Of a stretch of DNA of 64,000 nucleotides, positions 23,626-36,800 are shown piece after piece (positions within the stretch are counted from its first letter, which is position 1; every line of letters starts with the position of its first letter). A program made the position numbers and the translations under genes. The notes below the pieces were generated by a model. That model was not told the DNA's origin. It searched no databases and saw only the letters and a list, made by a program, of their open reading frames with translations. Source of the DNA: Camelus dromedarius (taxonomy: Eukaryota); assembly GCF_036321535.1 (NCBI RefSeq), contig NC_087436.1, positions 2,604,001 through 2,668,000 of the forward strand, in the 5' to 3' direction.

Positions 23626-26600
23626 AAACTTTGACTCTGGTCTCTCAGTCTGTTTCCTAGTGCCGGTTTGAAGTTCCTGCAGTTTTCACTGTCAAACCGA
23701 GATGGAGCTAGTACCTCCCCATATATATGTATGGATTGGAGTTTGCAAATGAAAAGAAACTTTGTGTTCCCAAAAGCTAGGTGAAGGACGGCTTTCACAC
23801 ACACTTATCTCTCAGAACTGAGCATGTGGAGAGACGTTCGTTCATCTAGCACAAAGGGAACGGGTTGCAGGAGAAACTTTTACTCTGGTTTCTCAGTCTG
23901 TTTCCTAGTGCCGATTTGAAGTTCCTGCAGTTTTCACTGTAAAACCGAGTTGGAGCTAGTACCTTCCCATAAATATATATGGAGTGGAGTTTGCAACTGA
24001 AAAGAAACTTTGTGTTCCCAACAAGCTAAGTGAAGGACGGCTTTCACACACACTTATCTATGAGAACTGAGCATGTGGAGAGACGTTCGTTCATCTAGCA
24101 CAAAGGGAACGTGTTGCAGGAGAAACTTTTACTCTGGTCTCTCAGTCTGTTTCCTAGTGCCGGTTTGAAGTTCCTGCATTTTTCACTGTCAAACCGAGTT
24201 GGAGCTTGTACCACCCCATATATATGTATGGAGTGGAGTTTGCAACTGAAAAGAAACTTTGTGTTCCCAAAAAGCTAGGTGAAGGACGGCTTTCAAACAC
24301 ACTTATCTCTCAGAACTGAGCATGTGGAGAGACGTTCCCTCATCTAGCACAAAGAGAACGGGTTGCAGGAGAAACTTTTCTCTCATTTCTCAGTCTATTA
24401 CCTAGTGCCGGTTAGAAGTTCCTGCATGTTTCACTGTAAAACCGAGTTGGAGCTTGTACTTCCGCATATATATTTATGGAGTTGAGCTTGCAACTGAAAT
24501 AAACTTTGTGTTCCCAACAAGCTAGGTGAAGAACGGCTTTCACACACACATATATCTCAGAACTGAGCATGTGGAGAGACGTTCGTTCATCTAGCACAAA
24601 GGGAACTGGTTGCAGGAGAAACTTTTACTCTGGTTTCTCAGTATGTTTCCTGTTGCCGCTTTGAAGTTCCTGCAGTTTTCACTGTAAAAAAGAGTTGCAG
24701 CTAGTACCTCCCCATACATATGTACGGAGTGGAGATTGCAATTGAAGAGAAAATTTGTGCTCCCAACAAGCTATGTGAAGGACGGCTTTCACACACAGTT
24801 AACTCTCAGAACTGAGCATGTGGAGAGACGTTCATTCATCTAGCACAAAGAGAACGGTTTGCAGGGGAAAGTTTTACTCTGGTTTCTCAGAGTATTTCCT
24901 AGTGCCGTTTTGAAGTTCGTTTAGTTTTCACTGTAAAACCGAGTTGGTGCTAGTACCACCCCATATATATGTATGTAGTGGAGTTTGCAACTGAAAAGAA
25001 TCTTTGAGTTCCAATCAAGCTAGGTGAAGGACGGCTTTCACACACACTTATCTCTCAGAACTGAGCATGTGGAGAGACGTTCGTTCATCTAGCACAAAGA
25101 GAACGGTTTGCAGGGGAAAGTTTTACTCTGGTTTCTCAGACTATTTCCTAGTGCCGGTTTGAAGTTCCTGCAGGTTTCACTGTAAAACCGAGTTTCAGCT
25201 AGTACCTCCCCATATATATGTATGGAGTGGAGTTTGCAAATGAAAAGATACTTTGTGTTCCCAAGAAGCGATGTGAATTACGGCTTTCACACACACTTAT
25301 CTCTCAGAACTGAGCATGAGGAGAGACGTTCGTTCATCTAGCAGAAAGGGAACGGGTTGTAGGAGAAACTTTTACTCTGGTTTCTCAGTCTGTTTCCTAG
25401 TGTCGGTATGAAGTTCCTGCAGTTTTCACTGTAAAACCGAGTTGGAGCTAGTACCTCTACATAAATATGTATGGAGTGGAGTTAGCAACTGAACAGAAAC
25501 TTTGTGTTCCCAACAAGCTAGGTGAAGGACGGCTTTCACACACATATTTCTCTCAGAACTGAGCATGTGGAGAGACGTTCGTTCATCTAGCAGAAAGGGA
25601 ACGTGTTGTAGGAGAAACTTTTACTCTGGTTTCTCAGTCTGTTTCCTAGTGCCGGTTTGAAGTTCCTGCAGTTTTCACTGTCAAACCGAGTTGGAGCTAG
25701 TACCTCCCCATATATATGTATGGAGTGGAGTTTGCAACTGAAAAGAAACTTTGTGTTCCCAACAAGCTAGGTGAAGGACGGCTTTCACACACACTTATCT
25801 TTCACAACTGAGCATGTGGAGAGACTTTCGTTCATCTAGCACAAAGGGAACTGGTTGCAGGAGAAACTTTTACTCTGGTTTCTAATTCTTTTTCCTAGAG
25901 CCGGGTTGAAGTTCCTGCAGTTTTCACTGTAAAATCGAGTTGGAGCTTGTACTTCCCCATATATATGTATGGAGTGGGGTTTGCAACTGAAAAGAAACTT
26001 TGTGTTCCCAACAAGCTAGGTGAAGGACGGCTTTCACACACAATTATCTCTCAGAACTGAGCATGTGGAGAGACGTTCGTTCATCTAGCACAAAGGGAAC
26101 TGTTTGCAGGAGAAACTTTTACTCTGGATTCTCATTCTGTTTCCTAGTGCCGGTTTGATTTTCCTGCAGTTTTCACTATAAAACCGAGTTGGAGCTAGTA
26201 CCTCCCCATATATATGTATGGAGTGGAGTTTGCAACTGAAACGAAACTTTGTGTTCCCAACAACCTAGTTGAAGGACGGCTTTCACACACACTTATCTCT
26301 CAGAACTGAGCATGTGGAGAGACGTTCGTTCATCTAGCACAAATGGAACGGGTTGCAGGAGAAACTTTTACTCTGGTTTCTCAGTCTGTTTCCTAGTGCC
26401 TGTTTGAAGTTCCTGCAGATTTCACTGTAAAACCGAGTTGGAGCTAGTACCTCCACATAAATATGTATGGAGTGGAGTTTGCAAGTCAAAAGAAACTTTG
26501 TGTTCCCAACAAGCTAGGTGAATCACGGCTTTCACACACAATAATCTCTGAGAACTGGGCATGTGGAGAGACTTTCGATCATCTAGCACAAAGGGAACGG

Positions 26601-27090
26601 GTTACAGGGGAAATTTTACTCTGGTTTCTCAGTCTATTTCCTAGTGCCGGTTTGAAGTTCCTGCAGTTTTCACTGTAAAACCGAGTTGGATCTAGTACCT
26701 CCCCATAAATATGTATGGAGTGGTGTTTGCAACTGAACAGAAACTTTGTGTTCCCAACAAGCTAGGTGAAGGACTGCTTTCACACACATTTTTCTCTCAG
26801 AACTGAGCATGTGGAGAGACGTTCGTTCATCTAGCAGAAAGGGAACTGGTTGTAGGAGAAAGTTTTACTCTGGTTTCTCAGTCTGTTTCCTAGTGCCGGT
26901 TTGAAGTTCCTGCAGTTTTCACTGTAAAACCGAGTTGGAGCTAGTACCTCCCCATATATATGTATGGAGTGGTGTTTGCAACCGAAAAGAAACTTTGTGT
27001 TCCCAACAAGTTAGGTGAAGGACGGCTTTCACACACACTTATCTCTCAGAACTGAGCATGTGGAGAGACGTTCGTTCATCTAGCACAAAG
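23626..27090 (+). repeat. Longer variant of the left-domain HOR, retaining two monomers that the 19-mer lacks
   Basis: Monomer order matches 1743 to about 4975. It includes the AAGCGATGTGAATT monomer (about 25265) and the TTCTAATTCTTTT monomer (about 25880), neither of which occurs in 9424-23595. Confidence 0.88.
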
Positions 27091-30000
27091 AGAACGGGTT
27101 GCAGGAGAAACATTTACTCTGGTTTCTCAGTCTGTTTCCTAGTGCCGGTTTGAAGTTCCTGCAGTTTTCACTCTAAAACCGAGTTTGAGCTAGTACCTCC
27201 CCATATATATGTATGGAGATGTGTTTGTAACTGAAAAGAAACTTTGTGTTCCCAACAAGTTAGGTGAAGGACGGCTTTCACACACACTTATCTCTCAGAA
27301 CTGAGCATGTGGAGAGACGTTCGTTCATCTAGCAGAAAGGGAACGGGTTGCAGGAGAAACTTTTACTCTGGTTTCTCAGTCTGTTTCCTAGTGCCGGTTT
27401 GAAGTTCCTGCAGTTTTCACTGTACAATCGAGTTGGAGCTAGTACCTCCCCATATATATGTATGGAGTGGGGATTGCAATTGAAAAGAAACTTTGTGTTC
27501 CCAACAAGCTAGGTGAAGGACGGCTTTCACACACACTTATCTCTCAAAACTGAGCATGTGGAGAGACGTTCGTTCATCTAGCACAAAGGGAACTGGTTGC
27601 AGGAAAAACTTTAACTCTGGTTTCTCAGTCTGTTTCCTAGTGCCGGTTTGAATTTCCTGCAGTTTCCACTGTAAAACAGAGTTGGAGCTAGTACATCCCC
27701 ATATATATGTATGGAGTGGATTTTGCAACTGAAAAGAAACTTTGTGTTCCCAACAACGTAGATGAAGGACGGCTTTCACACACACTTATCTCTCAGAACT
27801 GAGCATGTGGAGAGACGTTCGTTCATCTAGCACAAAGGGAACGGTTTGCAGGAGAAACTTTTACTCTGGTTTCTCAGTCTATTTCCTAGTGCCGGTTTGA
27901 AGTTCCTGCAGTTTTCACTTTAAAACCGATTCGGAGCTAGTACCTCCCCATATATATGTATGGAGTGGTGTTTGCAACTGAAAAGAAACTTTGTGTTCCC
28001 AACAAGTTAGGTGAAGGACGGCTTTCACACACATTTATCTCTCAGAACTGAGCATGTGGAGAGACGTTCGTTCATCTAGCACAAAGGGAACGGGTTGCAG
28101 GAGAAACTTTAACTCTGGTTTCTCAGTCTGTTTCCTAGTGCCGGTTTGAAGTTCCTGCAGTTTTCACTGTAAAACCGAGTTGGAGCTAGTACCTCCCCAT
28201 ATATATGTATGGAGTGGTGTTTGCAACTGAAAAGAAACTTTGTGTTCCCAACAAGTTAGGTGAAGGACGGCTTTCACACACACTTATCTCTCAGAACTGA
28301 GCATGTGGAGAGACGTTCGTTCATCTAGCATAAAGGGAACGGGATGCAGGAGAAACTTTTACTCTGGTTTCTCAGTCTGTTTCCTAGTGCCGGTTTGAAG
28401 TTCCTGCAGTTTTCACTGTAAAACCGAGTTGGAGCTAGTACCTCCCCATAAATATATATGGAGTTGAGTTTGCAACTGAAAAGAAACTTTGTGTTCCCAA
28501 CAAGCTAGGTGAAGGCGGCTTTCACACACACTTATCTCTGAGAACTGAGCATGTGGAGAGACGTTCGTTCATTTAGCACAAAGAGAACGGGTTGCAGGAG
28601 AAACTTTACTCTGGATTCTCATTCTATTTCCTAGTGCCGGTTTGAAGTTCCTGCAGTTTTCATTTTAAAACCGAGTTGGAGCTAGAACCTACCCATATAT
28701 AAGTATGGAGTGGAGTTTGCAACTGAAAAGAAACTTTGAGTTTCCAACAAGCTAGGTGAAGGACGGCTTTCACACACAGTTATCTCTCAGAACTGAGCAT
28801 GTGGGGAGACGTTCGTTCATCTAGCACAAAGGAAAAGGGTTGCAGGGGAAAATTTTACTCTGGTTTCTCAGTCTGTTTCCTAGTGCCCGTTTGAAGTTCC
28901 TGTAGTTTTCACTTTAAACCGAGTTGGAGACACTATCTCCCATATATATATGTATGGAGTGGAGTTTGAAAGTGAAAAGAAACTTTGTGTTCCCTAGAAG
29001 CTAGATGAAGGACGGCTTTCACACACACTTATCTCTCAGAACTGAGCATGTGGAGAGACGTTCCCTCATCTAGCACAAAGAGAACGGGTTGCAGGAGAAA
29101 CTTTTCACTGGTTTCTCAGTCTATTTCCTAGTGCCGGTTTGAAGTTCCTGCATGTTTCAGTGTAAAACCGAGTTGGAGCTAGTACTTCCCCATATATATT
29201 TATGGAGTGGAGTTTGCAACTGAAAAGAAACTTTTTGTTCCCAACAAGCTAGGTGAAGAACGGATTTCACACACACATATATCTCAGAACTGAGCATGAG
29301 GAGGGGCGTTCGTTCATCTAGCACAAAGGGAAATGGTTGCAGGAGAAACTTTTACTCTGGTTTCTCAGTATGTTTTCTGTTGCCGCTTTGAAGTTCCTGC
29401 AGTTTTCACTGTAAAACCGAGTTGGAGCTAGTACATCCCCATAAATATGTATGGAGTGGAGTTTGCAACTGTAAAGAAACTTTGTGTTCCCAACAAGCTA
29501 GGTGAAGGACGGCTTTCACACACACTTATCTCTCAGAAATGAGCATGTGGAGAGACGTTCGTTCATTTAGCACAAAGGGAACGGGTTGCAGGAGAAACTT
29601 TTACTCTGGTTTCTCAGTCTGTTTCCTAGTGCCGGTTTGAAGTTCCTGAAGTTTTCACTGTAAAACCGAGTTGGAGCTAGTACCTCCCCATATATATGTA
29701 TGGAGTGGAGTTTGCAACTGAAAAGAAGCTTTGTGTTCCAAACAAGCTAGGTGAAGGACGGCTTTCACACACACTTATCTCTCAGAACTGAGCATGTGGA
29801 GAGACGTTCGTTCATCTTGCAAAAAGGGAACGGTTTGCAGGAGAAATTTTACTCTGGTTTCTCAGTCTGTTTCCTAGTACCGGTTTGTTGTTCCTGCAGT
29901 TTTCACTGTAAAACCGATTTGGAGCTAGTACCTCCTCATATATATGTATGGAGTGGAGTTTGCAAATGAAAAGAAACTTTGTGTACCCAAGAAGCTTTGT

Positions 30001-30509
30001 GAAAGACAGCTTTCACACACACTTATCTCTCAGAACTGAGCATGTGGAGAGAAGTTCATTCATCTAGCACAAAGAGAACGGGTTGCAGGGGAAACTTTAC
30101 TCTGGTTTCTCAGAATTTTTCCTAGTGCCGGTTTGAAGTTCCTGCACGTTTCACTGTAAAACCGAGTTGGAGCTTGTACCTCCCCATATATATGTATGGA
30201 TTGGAGTTTGCAAATGAAAAGAAACTTTGTGTTCCCAAGAATCTATGTGAAAGACGGCTTTCACACACACTTATCTCTCAGAACTGAGCATGTGGAGAGA
30301 CGTTCATTCATCTAGCACAACGAGAACGGGTTGCAGAAGAAACTTTTACTCTGGTTTCTCAGTATATTTCCTAGTGCCGGTTTGAAGTTCCTGCAGTTTT
30401 CACTGTAAAACCGAGTTGGAGCTAGTACCTCCCCATAAATATGTATGGAGTGGTGTTTGCAACTGAACAGAAACTTTGTGTTACCAACAAGCTAGGTGAA
30501 GGACGGCTT

Positions 30510-32450
30510 TCACACACATTTTTCTCTCAGATCTGGGCATGTGGAGAGACGTTCGTTCATCTAGAAGAAAGGGAACGGGTTGTAGGAGAAACTTTTACTC
30601 TGGTTTCTCAGTCTGTTTCCTAGTGCCGGTTTGAAGTTCCTGCAGTTTTCACTGTAAAACCGAGTTGGAGCTAGTACCACCCCATATATATGTATGGAGT
30701 GGTGTTTGCAACTGAAAAGAAACTTTGTGTTCCCAACAAGCTAGGTGAAGGACGGCTTTCACACACACTTATCTCTCAGAACTGAGCATGAGGAGAGACG
30801 TTCGTTCATCTAGCACAAAGGGAACGGGTTGCTGGAGAAACTTTTACTCTGGTTTCTCAGTCTGTTTCCTAGTGCCTGTTTGAAATTCCTGCAGATTTCA
30901 CTGTAAAACCGAGTTGGAGCTAGTACCTCCACATAAATATATATGGAGTGGAGTTTGCAAGTGAAAAGAAACTTTGTGTTCCCAACAAGCTAGGTGAAGG
31001 ACGGCTTTCACACACACTTATCTCTGAGAACTGAGCATGTGGAGAGACTTTCGTTCATCTAGCAAAATGGGAACGTGTTACAGGAGAAACTTTTACTCTG
31101 GTTTCTCAGTCTATTTCCTTGTGCCGGTTGGAAGTTCCTGCAGTTTTCACTGTAAAACCGAGTTGGAGCTAGTACCTCCCCATAAATATGTATGGATTGG
31201 TGTTTGTAACTGAACAGAAACTTTGTGTTCCCAACAAGCTATGTGAAGGACGGCTTTCACACACATTTTTCTCTCAGAACTGAGCATGTGGAGAGACGAT
31301 CGTTCATCTAGCAGAAAGGGAACGGGTTGTAGGGGAAACTTTTACTTTGATTTCTCAGTCTGTTTCCTAGTGCCGGTTTGAAGTTCCTGCAGTTTTCACT
31401 GTAAAACCGAGTTGGAGCTAGTACCTCCCCATATATATGTATGGAGTGGAGTTTGCAACTGTAAAGAAACTTTGTGTTCCCAACAAGCTAGGTGAAGGAC
31501 GGCTTTCACACACATTTTTCTCTCAGATCTGAGCATGTGGAGAGACGTTCATTCATCTAGAAGAAAGGGAACGGGTTGTAGGAGAAACTTTTACTCTGGT
31601 TTCTCAGTCTGTTTCCTAGTGCCGGTTTGAAGTTCCTGCAGTTTTCACTGTAAAACCGAGTTGGAGCTAGTACCACCCCATATATATGTATGGAGTGGTG
31701 TTTGCAACTGAAAAGAAACTTTGTGTTCCCAACAAAGCTAGGTGAAGGACGGCTTTCACACACACTTATCTCTCAGAACTGAGCATGTGTAGAGACGTTC
31801 GTTCATCTAGCACAAAGGGAACGGGTTGCAGGAGAAACTTTTACTCTGGTTTCTCAGTCTGTTTCCTAGTGCCTGTTTGAAATTCCTGCAGATTTCACTG
31901 TAAAACCGAGTTGGAGCTAGTACCTCCACATAAATATATATGGAGTGGAGTTTGCATGTGAAAAGAAACTTTGTGTTCCCAACAAGCTAGGTGAAGGACG
32001 GCTTTCACACACACTTATCTCTGAGAACTGAGCATGTGGAGAGACTTTCGTTCATCTAGCAAAATGGGAAGGTGTTACAGGAGAAACTTTTACTCTGGTT
32101 TCTCAGTCTATTTCCTTGTGCCGGTTGGAAGTTCCTGCAGTTTTCACTGTAAAACCGAGTTGGAGATAGTACCTCCCCATAAATATGTATGGAGTGGTGT
32201 TTGTAACTGAACAGAAACTTTGTGTTCCCAACAAGCTAGGTGAAGGACGGCTTTCACACACATTTTTCTCTCAGAACTGAGCATGTGGAGAGACGATCGT
32301 TCATCTAGCAGAAAGGGAACGGTTTGTAGGGGAAACTTTTACTTTGATTTCTCAGTCTGTTTCCTAGTGCCGGTTTGAAGTTCCTGCAGTTTTCACTGTA
32401 AAACCGAGTTGGAGCTAGTACCTCCCCATATATATGTATGGAGTGGTGTT
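30510..32450 (+). repeat. 4-monomer tandem duplication (996-997 bp period)
   Basis: CAGATCT occurs at about 30530/31526 and TACTTTGATT at 31344/32341. AAAATGGG and CCTTGTGCCGGTTGG are also paired at this offset. Several differences separate the copies. Confidence 0.82.
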
Positions 32451-35400
32451 TGCAACTGAAAAGAAACTTTGTGCTCCCAACAAGTTAGGTGAAGAACGGC
32501 TTTCACACACACTTATCTCTCAGAACTGAGCATGTGGAGAGACGATCGTTCATCTAGCACAAAGGGAAATGGTTGCAGGCGAAACTTTTACTCTGGTTTC
32601 TCAGTCTGTTTCCTAGTGCCTGTTTGAAATTCCTGCAGATTTCACTGTAAAACCGAGTTGGAGCTAGTACCTCCACATAAATGTATATGGAGTGGAGTTT
32701 GCAAGTGAAAAGAAACTTTGTGTTCCCAACAAGCTAGGTGAAGGACGGCTTTCACACACACTTATCTCTGAGAACTGAGCATGTGGAGAGACTTTCGTTC
32801 ATCTAGCAAAATGGGAACGTGTTACAGGAGAAAATTTTACTCTGGATTCTCAGTCTGTTTCCTAGTGCTGGTTTGAAGTTCCTGCAGTTTTCACTGTAAA
32901 ACAGAGTTGGAGCTAGTACCTCCCCATATATATGTATGGATTGGTGTTTGCAACTGAAAAGAAACTTTGTGTTCCCAACAAGTTAGGTGAAGAACGGCTT
33001 TCACACACACTTATCTATCAGAACTGAGCATGTGGAGAGACGTTCGTTCATCTAGCACAAATGGAACGTGTTGCAGGAGAAACTTTTACTCTGGTTTCTC
33101 AGTCTGTTTCCTAGTGCCAGTTTGAATTTCCTGCAGTTTTCACTGTAAAACCGTGTTGGAGCTAGTACCCCCCATAAATATATATGGAGTGGTGTTTGCA
33201 AGTGAAAAGAAACTTTGTGTTCCCAACAAGCTAAGTGAAGGACGGCTTTCACACACACTTATCCTTGAGAACTGAGCATGTGGAGAGACGTTTGTTCATC
33301 TAGCACAAAGGGAACGTGTTGCAGGAGAAACTTTTACTCTGGTCTCTCAGTCTGTTTCCTAGTGCCGGTTTGAAGTTCCTGCAGTTTTCACTGTAAAACC
33401 GAGTTGGAGCTAGTACCTCCCCATAAATATGTATGGAGTGGTGTTTGCAACTGAACAGAAACTTTGTGTTCCCAACAAGCTACTTGAAGGACGGCTTTCA
33501 CACACATTTTTCTCTCAGATCTGAGCATGTGGAGAGACGTTCGTTCATCTAGAAGAAAGGGAACGGGTTGTAGGAGAAACTTTTACTCTGGTTTCTCAGT
33601 CTGTTTCCTAGTGCCGGTTTGAAGTTCCTGCAGTTTTCACTGTAAAACGGAGTTGGAGCTAGTACCACTCCATATATATGTATGGAGTGGTGTTTGCAAC
33701 TGAAAAGAAACTTTGTGTTCCCAACAAGTTAGGTGAAGGACGGCTTTCACACACACTTATCTCTCAGAACTGAGCATGTGGAGAGACGTTCGTTCATCTA
33801 GCACAAAGGGAACGGGTTGCAGGGGAAACTTTTACTCTGGTTTCTCAGTCTGTTTCCTAGTGCCTGTTTGAACTTCCTGCAGATTTCACTGTAAAACCGA
33901 GTTGGAGCTAGTACCTCCACATAAATATATATGGAGTGGAGTTTGCAAGTGAAAAGAAACTTTGTGTTCCCAACAAGCTAGGAGAAGGACGGCTTTCACA
34001 CACACTTATCTCTGAGAACTGAGCATGTGGAGAGACTTTCGTTCATCTAGCAAAAACGGAACGTGTTACAGGAGAAACTTTTACTCTGGTTTTCAGTCTA
34101 TTTCCTTGTGCCGGTTGGAAGTTCCTGCAGTTTTCACTGTAAAACCGAGTTGGAGCTAGTACCTCCCCATATATATGTATGGAGTGGAGTTTGCAACTAA
34201 AAAGAAACTTTGTGTTCCCAACAAGTTAGGTGAAGGACGGCTTTCACACACATTTATCTCTCAGAACTGAGCATGTGGAGAGACGTTCTTTCATCTAGCA
34301 CAAAGGGAACGGGTTGCAGGTGAAATTTTACTCTGGTTTCTCATTCTGTTTCCTAGTGCCGGTTTGAAGTTTATGCAGTTTTCACTGTAAAACCGAGTTG
34401 GAGCTACTACCTCCCCATATATATGTATGGAGTGGAGTTAGCAACTGAAAAGAAAATTTGTGTTCCCAACAAGCTAGGTGAAGGACGGCTTTCACACACA
34501 CTTATCTCTCAGAAATGAGCATGTGGAGAGACGTTCGTTCATCTAGCACAAAGGGAACGGGATGCAGGAGAAACTTTTACTCTGGTTTCTCAGTCTGTTT
34601 CCTAGTGCCGGTTTGAAGTTCCTGCAGTTTTCACTCTAAAACCGAGTTGGAGCCAGTACCTCCCATAAATATGTATGGAATGGTGTTTGCAACTGAACAG
34701 AAACTTTGTGTTCCCAACAAGCTAGGTGAAGGACGGCTTTCACACACACATATCTCTCAGAACTGAGCATGTGGAGAGACGTTCTTTCATCTAGCACAAA
34801 GGGAAAGTGTTGCAGGAGAAACTTTTACTCTGGTCTCTCAGTCTGTTTCCTAGTGCCGGTTTGAAGTTCCTGCAGTTTTCACTGTAAAACCGAGTTGGAG
34901 CTAGTACCTCCCCATATATATGTATGGAGTGGAGTTTGCAACTGAAAAGAAACTTTGTGTTCCCAACAAGTTAGGTGAAGGACGGCTTTCACACACACTT
35001 ATCTATCAGAACTGAGCATGTGGAGAGACGTTCTTTCATCTAGCACAAAGGGAACGGGATGCAGGAGAAACTTTTACTCTGGTTTCTCAGTCTGTTTCCT
35101 AGTGCCGGTTTGAAGTTCCTGCAGTTTTCACTCTTAAACCGAGTTGGAGCCAGTACCTCCCATAAATATGTATGGAGTGGTGTTTGCAACTGAACAGAAA
35201 CTTTGTGTTCCCAACAAGCTAGGTGAAGGACGGTTTCACACACACTTATCTCTCAGAACTGAGCATGTGGAGAGACGTTCGTTCATCTAGCACAAAGGGA
35301 ACGTGTTGCATGAGAAACTTTTACTCTGGTCTCTCAGTCTGTTTCCTAGTGCCGGTTTGAAATTCCTGAAGTTTTCACTGTAAAACCGAGTTGGAGCTAG

Positions 35401-35559
35401 TACATACCCATAAATATGTATGGAGTGGAGTTTGCAACTGCAAAGAAACTTTGTGTTCCCAACAAGCTAGGTGAATGACCGCTTTCATACACACTTATCT
35501 CTCAGAACTGAGCATGTGGAGAGACGTTCGTTCATCTAGCACAAAGGGAAAGTGTTGCA

Positions 35560-36800
35560 GGAGAAACTTTTACTCTGGTTTCTCAGTCTGTTTCCTAGTG
35601 CCGGTTTGAATTTCCTGCAGTTTTCACTGTAAAACCGAGTTGGAGCTAGTACCCCCCATAAATATATATGGAGTGGTGTTTGCAAGTGAAAAGAAACTTT
35701 GTGTTCCCAACAAGCTAGGTGAAGGACGGCTTTCACACTCACTTATCTCTGAGAACTGAGCATGTGGAGAGACGTTCGTTCATCTAGCACAAAGGGAACG
35801 TGTTGCAGGAGAAACTATTACTCTGGACTCTCAGTCTGTTTCCTAGTGCCGGTTTGAAGTTCCTGCAGTTTTCACTGTAAAACCGAGTTGGAGCTAGTAC
35901 CTCCCCATATATATGTATGGAGTGGAGTTTGCAACTGAAAAGAAACTTTGTGTTCCCAACAAGTTAGGTGAAGGACGGCTTTCACACACACTTATCTCTC
36001 AGAACTGAGCATGTGGAGAGACGTTCTTTCATCTAGCACAAAGGGAACGGGTTGCAGGTGAAACTTTTACTCTGGTTTCTCATTCTGTTTCCTAGTGCCG
36101 GTTTGAAGTTTATGCAGTTTTCACTGTAATACCGAGTTGGAGCTAGTACATCCCCATATATATGTATTGAGTGGAGTTAGCAACTGAAAAGAAAATTTGT
36201 GTTCCCAACAAGCTAGGTGAAGGACGGCTTTCACACACACTTATCTCTCAGAACTGAGCATGTGGAGAGACGTTCGTTCATCTAGCACAAAGGGAACGGG
36301 ATGCAGGAGAAACTTTTACTCTGGTTTCTCAGTCTGTTTCCTAGTGCCGGTTTGAAGTTCCTGCAGTTTTCACTCTAAAACCGAGTTGGAGCCAGTACCT
36401 CCCATAAATATGTATGGAATGGTGTTTGCAACTGAACAGAAACTTTGTGTTCCCAACAAGCTAAGTGAAGGACGGCTTTCACACACACTTATCTCTCAGA
36501 ACTGAGCATGTGGAGAGACGTTCGTTCATCTAGCACAAAGGGAACGTGTTGCAGGAGAAACTTTTACTCTGGTCTCTCAGTCTGTTTCCTAGTGCCGGTT
36601 TGAAATTCCTGAAGTTTTCACTGTAAAACCGAGTTGGAGCTAGTACCTCCCCATATATATGTATGGAGTGGAGTTTGCAACTGCAAAGAAACTTTGTGTT
36701 CCCATCAAGCTAGGTGAATGACCGCTTTCATACACACTTATCTCTCAGAACTGAGCATGTGGAGAGACGTTCGTTCATCTAGCACAAAGGGAACGTGTTG
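35560..36800 (+). repeat. 5-mer module (1243 bp), one copy
   Basis: Ordered markers are TACCCCCCA, CAGGTGAAAC, GTTTATGCAG, GCCAGTACCTCCC and GAATGACC. GAATGACC occurs at 35473 and 36716. Confidence 0.8.
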
